Part shown: one piece after another, positions 47,716 to 55,044 of the stretch
How positions within the stretch are numbered: the stretch's first letter is position 1
How the letters are laid out: every line of letters starts with the position of its first letter
From: an uncultured Alphaproteobacteria bacterium
GTDB taxonomy: Bacteria; Pseudomonadota; Alphaproteobacteria; Rhizobiales; Xanthobacteraceae
DNA length: 64,000 bases
NCBI GenBank assembly: GCA_963791925.1
Contig: CAWBUA010000003.1
Coordinates: 296,604-360,603, forward strand
Direction: 5' to 3'
The notes under the pieces: model-generated
Databases searched by the model: none
What the model was told of the DNA's origin: nothing
The model's input: the letters and a program-made list of their open reading frames with translations, nothing else
Made by a program: the position numbers and the translations under genes

Positions 47716-47893
47716 GTTGGCAATTTTGTTAAATCCCAATGAGCCCGATACTGTAACCCTTCTCGGTGTGATCGAAAAGCTAGATCAGAGCCGCACTGAT
47801 CAGACGTTCACGGCGGCTGAAGCGGAAATGCTGACCGTGGCGCGCGCTTTGCTCAAGCGAGAATGGGTTCGCATTAAAGAAGAGCTTAAGTGA
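47716..47893 (+). pseudogene. 3' part of the IS630-split gene
   Basis: KLAILLNPNEPDTVTLLGVIEKLDQSRTDQTFTAAEAEMLTVARALLKREWVRIKEELK-stop, in frame with 46229-46536 after IS removal. Confidence 0.6.
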
Positions 47894-47993
47894 TATCGGA
47901 GTTGGTCTTCAGGTGAGCAACCAACCCAAAACCGACGGGCAGCGGCAAGGGTGCACTGGGCGAAACGTGCACGCGGTCAATACGAGGTGGGTC

Positions 47994-49118
47994 CTACGTC
48001 GCTTCGAGGGTCTTGCTGAGTACTCGTTCAAACCACATAATTCCGGCCTCGCCCTCTGTCCGCACAATATCATCGACGAACCGGCTATGACGAAGGGCAT
48101 TTCGCAATGCGGCTATTTGTCCGAATTTGATAGTGAGGGCCTCCTGAGTGCCGAAGCGGTCGACGAACCTCGGCCAAAGCATTTTGTTTATGAGCGCCAT
48201 CTCAAGTTCACGGAGATCACAAAATTCGAGCTTGTTGGGTAGGGATTTGTAGCGCGCGGGGTCAAAGGCGGCATTGCGCTTCATCTCATCAGCTATTCGC
48301 CGTTGAGCCCGTTCGTTGATTTCGGATGGTAGTTGTTTTGGATCGCTTCCGATTGTCGAGGTAATAAGGATGCGCAGTTGCAGTTCTATGGCCTCAAGCC
48401 TGGCGTCGAGCGCCTTGATCTTGGATCGCGAAGAAAATAGTTCATCAGCGCGCTCAAACCTGTCTATGGCATTGGTAGTCTCGGTGGGACGAAGGACATA
48501 CAGGGGGCAATGCTGTTCGTTCTGTTCGGGCAACAGAATCATCGTGAACCCGCAGCGCTTAAGTATTGCCTCGCCGTCGCGAGATTGTGCGAAGGCGGTA
48601 TACGTGCGCTGCTCCAGCGGCTCGTAATGCTTACGAAGAAATTCCTTCATTTTGAGAAGAAGCACTTCACCCGCAACTAGCGAGCTAAACCGCCTTTGGT
48701 GTGGGTTCCTGAGGATGGTCGCAATGTGGAGGTACGTTGCAGACGAAGTGCCAGCCGCCGGCACAATGTGATCGAGTGTGAGTGACCGTTCGCTAATCGC
48801 TCCCGAAATGACGCCCACGCCGGCAGTGGCCGTAAGTGGAAAAATATCGAAAAAGCCTATTAGTTGATTGTTTTCATCAACGACCGATGTGAACACTAAC
48901 GAGTTTTGCCTCCGCCATTCTTTATAGTCCGCGTATGTAATGGCGTGCTTGTCTAGTTCGCGACGCACAATGTTATTGGCAGTTGAGGCGATGGACTCGT
49001 CATCCCGCGAACCAAAATGAACAACTTCCAACGCACCGTCAATCGCGAAAAGCAAAGAACCGTCAGCGTAATCGGTACGCTTCCTCTGATATATTCGTCT
49101 AAAGAGGTTCGTAAACAT
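47994..49118 (-). CDS. GNAT-like N-terminal domain fused to a Swt1-like HEPN domain
   Basis: The C-terminus LPSEINERAQRRI...LEFCDLRELEMALINKMLWPRFVDRF...GQIAALRNALRHS contains the R-N-x3-H HEPN motif (48087-48104). The N-terminal half ends in the GNAT-like ...AFAQSRDGEAILKRCGFTMI. Confidence 0.65.
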   Translation of the reverse strand: MFTNLFRRIYQRKRTDYADGSLLFAIDGALEVVHFGSRDDESIASTANNIVRRELDKHAITYADYKEWRRQNSLVFTSVVDENNQLIGFFDIFPLTATAGVGVISGAISERSLTLDHIVPAAGTSSATYLHIATILRNPHQRRFSSLVAGEVLLLKMKEFLRKHYEPLEQRTYTAFAQSRDGEAILKRCGFTMILLPEQNEQHCPLYVLRPTETTNAIDRFERADELFSSRSKIKALDARLEAIELQLRILITSTIGSDPKQLPSEINERAQRRIADEMKRNAAFDPARYKSLPNKLEFCDLRELEMALINKMLWPRFVDRFGTQEALTIKFGQIAALRNALRHSRFVDDIVRTEGEAGIMWFERVLSKTLEAT

Positions 49119-49140
49119 TCAGACGTGCTCGTGGCCTACA

Positions 49141-49656
49141 TTAGTGAAGAGTGCGGACCATATATTGGGCGGTGTCGCCGTATGAACGCAGCTTCTCAGT
49201 CAGGTCCACCCGCTGGACGATCTCGAAGCCGCATTTCATCCAGAGGGGATGGGTGTTGTATACCGAGACCAAAGCGAGCGCAGGAATGAGGCATTCTCGT
49301 GCAGCGTCGGCAACAATCTCTATAAACCGCTGAGCAGCACCGTGTCCTCTCGCAGAAGGCATGACGACTACGTCATGTATGAAAATGCAGTCCGGCTGAG
49401 AGGGCAGTTCCTTTAGATAGGTATCCAGTGGGGGAATCTTATTGAGATGCCAGGGATGAGAAATTCCGTAGCCGACGGTCTCGCCGGAATAGGTCAGGAC
49501 CCGACAGCCCGAGGGGAATAGACCGAGCTTCTCCGCAAAGACTTCGGGCCGCTCCGGCAGGCTAGTATGTATACCATTCCCAATGGCATCTATTGCCTTC
49601 AAATCCTCGGTAGTCGCCTGGCGCCATTGGGGGGTGGTCTGATCATTCATAGACAA
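49141..49656 (-). CDS. GNAT-family N-acetyltransferase
   Basis: IHDVVVMPSARGHGAAQRFIEIV (motif A Q/RxxGxG/A) and NTHPLWMKCGFEIV. Lies 22 nt upstream of the GNAT-HEPN gene. Confidence 0.8.
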   Translation of the reverse strand: MSMNDQTTPQWRQATTEDLKAIDAIGNGIHTSLPERPEVFAEKLGLFPSGCRVLTYSGETVGYGISHPWHLNKIPPLDTYLKELPSQPDCIFIHDVVVMPSARGHGAAQRFIEIVADAARECLIPALALVSVYNTHPLWMKCGFEIVQRVDLTEKLRSYGDTAQYMVRTLH

Positions 49657-49766
49657 CCATCATTCTCAGGGGAGTGGTAGGCTGTTTATACATCCGACTT
49701 TGATTTTGTGCACTCCCGTGACAATCCCCAAATAATTAATATTGTGCCCTTGCCCCAACTCAGCGG

Positions 49767-51594
49767 ATGACTTCCCACACCGAGAATATATTATCCAGCC
49801 AAGGGGGTGGGAGGCACAGCATGGCGATCACCGATCAAGCTATCGATCAGGTCTTTTCCGATTTGAAAAGGACTTGCGGCGGAGTACGCAATGACTACTT
49901 CGCTCTTTTGTATTTGATGCAGGAGTTTGGCTTAGAGCGCGACCTGGCGATTTAGCAAGTGGCGTTCGGGGGGAATGATTATGGCATTGATGGTTTTCAT
50001 TTCGACGCTTTGAAACGAAACTTCTATCTCTTTCAGTTCAAATATTCCACGTCATATGAACAATTCAAGCCGTCATTCAAACGACTGGCGGACTTTGGTA
50101 TGGAGCGAATTTTTGGGGCGCGCACCCAGGACCAACATCAGAACCAGTTGTTACTTCAAATAAAAAGTTGTCTTCTCGAAAATGAAGCAATTATAGACCG
50201 GGTATATATTCACTTTGTCTTTACAGGGGACCCGGCGGAGGCTGAGCGTAGCCAGGTGCTCGATAAGCTGCGCGAGAATCTGGAAGATAAAAAATATCTC
50301 ATAGACCAGCGTTTCGACCGCCCCGTGACGCTGGTGATCGAGTTTCGTTCCGCCCGAACCCGAAAGGTCGGAGCGGCCACCCATTTACGTAAGACGCATA
50401 GCTACCCGATTGAACTCGACAAAACAATAACCCGCGCTGGTCCGAATGGTGAGACAATGACGGTGGGCTTCATCCGAACTCGTTGATCTCAATGCTATGT
50501 ATAGAGAAATGGGAGCGCGCTTCTTTGAGCGCAATATTCGCGCTGCGCTAGCAGAGGATAAAGCTGTCAATCGATCTATCCAGCAGTCGTTCAAAGCTAT
50601 TGTCTTGGAAGGCAAGGAGGAAGCCAGTATCTTCGCATTCAATCATAACGGTGTTACTTTGTTCGCGGAAGACCTGCACCAAGTGAATGGCTCATTTAAT
50701 AAAATTACAGAACCGCGTGTTTTGAATGGCGCGCAGACGGTTACGACGTTTGCACGATTTATGAAGGCCAATGAGGGAAATAGCAGATTAGCAGAGCGTA
50801 AAGACGCCTTAAACGATCTTAGTGTGATGTGCCGCATCATCACAAATGCCGTGCCGGAATTTGTCACCACCGTCACAATTAATAACAACCGTCAAAATCC
50901 GGTTGACCCTTGGAACCTCCACGCGAATGATATGATTTAACTGGAACTACAAGATAAATTTCGGGACGAGCTTGGCATCTATTATGAACGTCAGGAGAAG
51001 GCATTTGAAAATTTGAGCGATGAGGAGCTTTGGGAGCAACAAATCACCGAGCATCGTGCGCTGGAATTAACGCGGGTTGCGCGAACATTCCTCGTAAGTG
51101 ATGGCGACATCGATAAACTTGCACGATTTAGGGAAGTATTTGAGGACGACCGGATTTACAGCCAGGTGTTTAGTGACAATAGGCTGAGAGCAGATTTGAG
51201 AAAGATTGTCCTTTGCTACAAGGTGCAGTTCAGACTGGGGCGCCTGAGTTACGACATTGTAGATAAGGGAGCCAACAAATATGCCTACGTTCTTCGCTCG
51301 CGCAATTTGCTGTGGGCCTTACTCTGTCAGGCAATTCTTAACGACCCAAAGCTGGAAGAGCGCGCTGAGAAGTTCGGCAAGGGCCTCAGCTTAGAGGCAC
51401 AGTACACAGAGTACCTTTCGGGCTTAGCCACAACACGCTGCCGCTTCGTTCTTGCGGACCTTGTTGCGGACAAAACGTATGCTGGAAAGAGTGCGGAAGG
51501 AAATTTCAGCTTTATGCGGACTAACGCAGCGTACAAGAGGGCGATGGAAATCGCCTATAAGCGCTGGCACTGGGTGGAAAAGCGTTTGAGGTAA
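49767..51594 (+). pseudogene. AIPR-family abortive-infection gene, decayed (two in-frame stops and one frameshift)
   Basis: Four consecutive ORFs read as one AIPR-like protein: GGNDYGIDGFHF...LFQFKYS and later FNHNGVTLFAEDL...VLNGAQTVTTF. TAG at 49953-49955 and TAA at 50938-50940 are in frame. There is a +1 shift near 50474-50476. Confidence 0.75.
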
Positions 51595-51635
51595 TTCAGA
51601 TGAATAGCGGCACGTTCAGCAGTGGTGACCAACGG

Positions 51636-52772
51636 TCATGCCGCTCGGGCGGTGTCAGGTACGTCTTCGGCGGCAGGGAGCTTCGAAAGATAATTCTCCC
51701 ATTTTTCAATGGCCGCCCGCATCTCTGGCAAATAGGTATAAACGTCGTACGTGCGCTCCATATCTGTTCGGGCTGAGATGTGATTGACGAGCCGCTCGGC
51801 TATGTGGGGTGCTACGCCCAACTTGCCGAGGTTGGTGCGGAAGGTCCGGCGAATGTCGTGCAGCGTCCAGCTGGTGACACCGCTTATTCGATCGAGCGTG
51901 GCCTTGGCTTTGCCCCAGCCGCAGAATGGCTTGTTGGGCTTATTCCTGGCGGGGAACAGAAGTCCTATATCGGCTTGCGCCGCGAGTATCTCTTTCGCCC
52001 GTGCGCTGATTGGAAGGGTATGCGCCTGCTTGTTTTTGGTGATCTCGCCGGGGAGCGTAATGGCGTCAGTCCCGATCCAGGCCCGGTTGAGCGCGGCGGT
52101 TTCCGTTTCGCGCTGACCTAGGAGAATCAGCAATCGGACCATCGTTTGAAAATGTCGCGGGAGTTTCTCGGAGTTGCACGCGTCCCAAATCTTTTTCAAT
52201 TCAACATCGGTCAGAATGCGGGACCGGCGTTTGCGCTCATAGGCTGATATGCCAACTACAGGATTGTCGGTGATGTAGCGGCGCCCCATGCACCAATTGA
52301 AAAAAATAATGGCAACGGTGCGGGCATGATTATGCTCGGCCGGCACGTCTTTCAATCTTTGGAGCCGGTGCGCGATCTGCGCGTGAGTTACATCCCTCAA
52401 CTGACCCTTGAAGGAGAAATGTCGTTTGAGGTGTCGCGTGTAGTCGGCGAGGGTGCGCGGTCTGGCGCTCTTGGCTTTCTCCGCGAGGAAAAGCTGCACC
52501 GCCTCGGAATAGGGGAGGGACTGCGGACGCAGCCGGCCAAGGGTGAATTCGGCGAGCAGCCGTTTTGCTTCAGCGCGCGCTTCCTGGAGCGAAATGACGG
52601 GGTATCGGCCTAAGGAAATAAAGCGACGGTCCGACCCAACCTGCAAAAAGAAGGTGCGTGTATCGCCCTGAGATACACGGACTCCAAATCCATGCAGGGT
52701 GTCATCGCAGAGTTTGATCTGACCCTTGGCAGGCACAGGTGTCGCTCGGATCGCAACGTCGGTGAGACGCAT
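51636..52772 (-). CDS. P4-type tyrosine integrase (DUF4102 arm-binding N-domain plus catalytic domain)
   Basis: N-terminus MRLTDVAIRATPVPAKGQIKLCDDTLHGFGVRVSQGDTRTFFLQ is typical of P4-like integrases. C-terminus HDIRRTFRTNLGKLG...LVNH...YDVYTY carries the catalytic residues. Lies 143 nt from the tRNA-derived repeat. Confidence 0.9.
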   Translation of the reverse strand: MRLTDVAIRATPVPAKGQIKLCDDTLHGFGVRVSQGDTRTFFLQVGSDRRFISLGRYPVISLQEARAEAKRLLAEFTLGRLRPQSLPYSEAVQLFLAEKAKSARPRTLADYTRHLKRHFSFKGQLRDVTHAQIAHRLQRLKDVPAEHNHARTVAIIFFNWCMGRRYITDNPVVGISAYERKRRSRILTDVELKKIWDACNSEKLPRHFQTMVRLLILLGQRETETAALNRAWIGTDAITLPGEITKNKQAHTLPISARAKEILAAQADIGLLFPARNKPNKPFCGWGKAKATLDRISGVTSWTLHDIRRTFRTNLGKLGVAPHIAERLVNHISARTDMERTYDVYTYLPEMRAAIEKWENYLSKLPAAEDVPDTARAA

Positions 52773-52774
52773 CT

Positions 52775-52792
52775 TAGCCTCGCTATAGCCTC
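52775..52792. repeat. 18-nt direct repeat TAGCCTCGCTATAGCCTC (right copy)
   Basis: Identical to 17540-17557. Starts 3 nt upstream of the integrase start codon. Confidence 0.6.
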
Positions 52793-52915
52793 AGACAGCC
52801 CCGGTGCTGGGGCGTGAAGCTATGCGCGACGTTGGATCAGAAGTGGCCGGTAATAAAGGACAAGTTCGACGTTGATGTGGAACGGTGGAGCACCATGAAA
52901 CAGGTGCGGCACTAT

Positions 52916-52952
52916 GTCAGAGTCCGCTGTTCTACCGTTGAACTATTCCCCA
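52916..52952 (-). repeat. Right copy (attR-like) of the 37-nt repeat, a tRNA-Gln 5'-half fragment
   Basis: gtcagagtccgcTgttctaccgttgaactattcccca. The only difference from the intact gene is at tRNA position 25 (unpaired). No 3' half follows. Confidence 0.85.
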
Positions 52953-53143
52953 TCTAAGTCTTTGGTAACTTAGCTCTTTTTTGCGATTTTACAATCCCGC
53001 TTTGGCCGTTTCACAATCCCCGCGGTTAGGGGCCTCTTTCTACTTGATATGGGCGCCGCTGGCCACTCGGACGTTCCGGGGCCACGACGTCGCCTCATTG
53101 AAGTAAACGACTTGATCGACAACGGCGGGTGCGGACGCAAGGA

Positions 53144-53182
53144 CCGTGGGACACCGCCGTGGGACACCGCCGTGGGACACCT
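53144..53182. repeat. Intergenic tandem repeat, 3 copies of the 13-nt unit CCGTGGGACACCG
   Basis: Units at 53144-53156, 53157-53169 and 53170-53182 (the last ends in T). Confidence 0.85.
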
Positions 53183-53253
53183 GGGTCGGTGCCCCGGCAT
53201 TTGACGAATGAAGGGTCGCCTGCAGCAAGGCGGCTGGGGCGCTTGAGGCGATG

Positions 53254-53955
53254 TTACTGCTGGTCCGCCAGTTTTACTTTGCACTCATAGTAATTCCACA
53301 GCAACGCAAACAGCCGCGGATTAAATGTGCCCTCGCTGCAATCGCGCGCCTCATCGTCCGTCAGCGGGATGGCGCCACCCGCGATCTCAGCCTGAAGCTG
53401 AATGTGAGCGTTTTCTTCGAGGAACGTGCAGGCAAAGAGCGCTTCTTCGGGACTGCTGCCGACGACGACGCTGCCATGACCGCGCATTTGCGCCGCGCAA
53501 TGGTGGCCCAACGTCCTCGACAGGTCGCCGGCTTGTTCGTCGTTCACCACGAGGCGTGGGTTGTTCCATGTGGGCACGCCGGTGCACAGAAAAGCACCGT
53601 GCAGAAATACCGGCACCAATGGCTTGCCGGCAATTGCCATGGCGCGGGCATGCGGCGCATGGAGGTGGCACACGCACATGGCATCCGGCCGATCCCGATG
53701 GATCTGCGTGTGAATCCGCCACTCGAGCGGGATGAGGCCGCCGGGATGCTCGATGATGCTGCCGCCGATGTCATAGACGAATATTTGCTCGGGTCTGACG
53801 GTGCTTTTCTCCGTGCTGGCGCCCGGACTGATGAAGCATTTATTGGTGCCGGGCACGCGAATCGACACGTGCCCGAACATTCCGATACTGCCCTGCAAAT
53901 TGAGCATGCGCGTGAGGGTGGCGGTCTTCTCGCGCAACTGCATTTCATCGTTCAT
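53254..53955 (-). CDS. Class II aldolase/adducin-family protein
   Basis: GMFGHVSIRVPG...FISP, CHLHAPHARAMA and MRGHGSVVVG are typical metal-binding His blocks of this family. The alternative TTG start at 53991 is less likely. Confidence 0.8.
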   Translation of the reverse strand: MNDEMQLREKTATLTRMLNLQGSIGMFGHVSIRVPGTNKCFISPGASTEKSTVRPEQIFVYDIGGSIIEHPGGLIPLEWRIHTQIHRDRPDAMCVCHLHAPHARAMAIAGKPLVPVFLHGAFLCTGVPTWNNPRLVVNDEQAGDLSRTLGHHCAAQMRGHGSVVVGSSPEEALFACTFLEENAHIQLQAEIAGGAIPLTDDEARDCSEGTFNPRLFALLWNYYECKVKLADQQ

Positions 53956-53997
53956 CGACGCCGAACTCCGGTCCCAAGAGCTGAGTGTCAATTTCGG

Positions 53998-54981
53998 TCA
54001 GAGGGTTTTCGCGACGCCGGCGCGTTCGATGAGCTTGCCCCAGCGGTCGATTTCCGAGGCAAGGAACGTTTGCAGCTCGGCTGGCGGTGGGCTTTTCACC
54101 GGAAGCGTGCCGAGCCTGATGATCAGCGATTGCACCTCCGACGTCTCCGTGGCCGTTCTTATTTCGTCGGCCAGCTTGTCGATGATCGGTTTCGGTGTCG
54201 CAGCGGGGGCGCAGATCAGCGTCCAGCCCACCGCTTCGAAGCCGGGGACCCCGGCGTCGGCAATGGTTGGCACGCCGGGCAGCGCCGGAACGCGCTCCGT
54301 CGAGCTTACACCCAACGCCCGCACCTGGCCGGCCTTGATCTGCGCGACCACGCTGCCGGCGTCTGCAAACATCAGCGCAACACGGCCGGCAATGACATCG
54401 GTAAGTGCGGGCGGCGCTCCCCTATAGGAGACCCCGACCATTTTGGTGCCAGTCATCGCTTGGAAGAGCTCCGCCGCCAGATGAATGGCCGAACCGGGTC
54501 CGCCGTGCCCGAAATTGATCTGGTCGGGCTTTTGCTTGAGGTAGGAAATCAGCTCCTTGACCGAATGGACCGGCATCTCCGGGTTGACCACCAGCGCAAG
54601 CGGCGTGCGAAACACCAGAGAGACCGCCTGGAAATCCTTAAGCGTATCGAAGGGCAAGGATTTGAACAAAGTAGGATTGGCGGCAAGCGAGCTCGCCGAG
54701 GCGAGCAGGGTCAAACCGTCCGGCGTCGCTTTGGCGACAACTTCGGTGCCCAGCACGCCGCTGGCGCCGGGCCGGTCCTCGACCACGATGGCCTTGCCCA
54801 ATCGAGGCTGCAACTGCTGGGCCAGTGCGCGTGTAACGGTGTCGAGGCTGCCGCCGGCCGGGAAATTGACGATGAACTTCACCGGACCTGTGGGATATTC
54901 GGCGGCCAGTGCGGCGCGATTGAACGGGATGCCCGCGCCGATAAGCAGGGGCGCTGCGAGCATGGAACGTCGTGTGAGCAT
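53998..54981 (-). CDS. Bug/TctC-family tripartite tricarboxylate transporter substrate-binding protein
   Basis: Signal peptide followed by YPTGPVKFIVNFPAGGSLDTVTRALAQQL...VVEDRPGASG, typical of the Bug family. Confidence 0.9.
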   Translation of the reverse strand: MLTRRSMLAAPLLIGAGIPFNRAALAAEYPTGPVKFIVNFPAGGSLDTVTRALAQQLQPRLGKAIVVEDRPGASGVLGTEVVAKATPDGLTLLASASSLAANPTLFKSLPFDTLKDFQAVSLVFRTPLALVVNPEMPVHSVKELISYLKQKPDQINFGHGGPGSAIHLAAELFQAMTGTKMVGVSYRGAPPALTDVIAGRVALMFADAGSVVAQIKAGQVRALGVSSTERVPALPGVPTIADAGVPGFEAVGWTLICAPAATPKPIIDKLADEIRTATETSEVQSLIIRLGTLPVKSPPPAELQTFLASEIDRWGKLIERAGVAKTL

Positions 54982-55044
54982 GTTTTCCTCTCGGTTTCTT
55001 AATGCGGTGCGCGAAGCAGTACGCCGAACTCACCGCCGGTCGCG

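Larger units (their letters stand above)
17497..52915. mobile_element. About 35.4-kb mosaic genomic island integrated at tRNA-Gln, with two tyrosine recombinases, two IS elements and defence and mobilisation modules
   Basis: Bounded by the 37-nt direct repeats. A P4-type integrase sits next to the right repeat. Long stretches have visibly lower GC than the flanks. Gene content is accessory: TPS toxin, TA, R-M, Abi and IS elements. Confidence 0.8.

Noticed and set aside
53251-55002. 583-aa plus-strand ORF
   Set aside because: It lies antisense to two well-supported minus-strand genes (class II aldolase and Bug/TctC binding protein). Its Arg-rich composition points to a GC-driven artefact.
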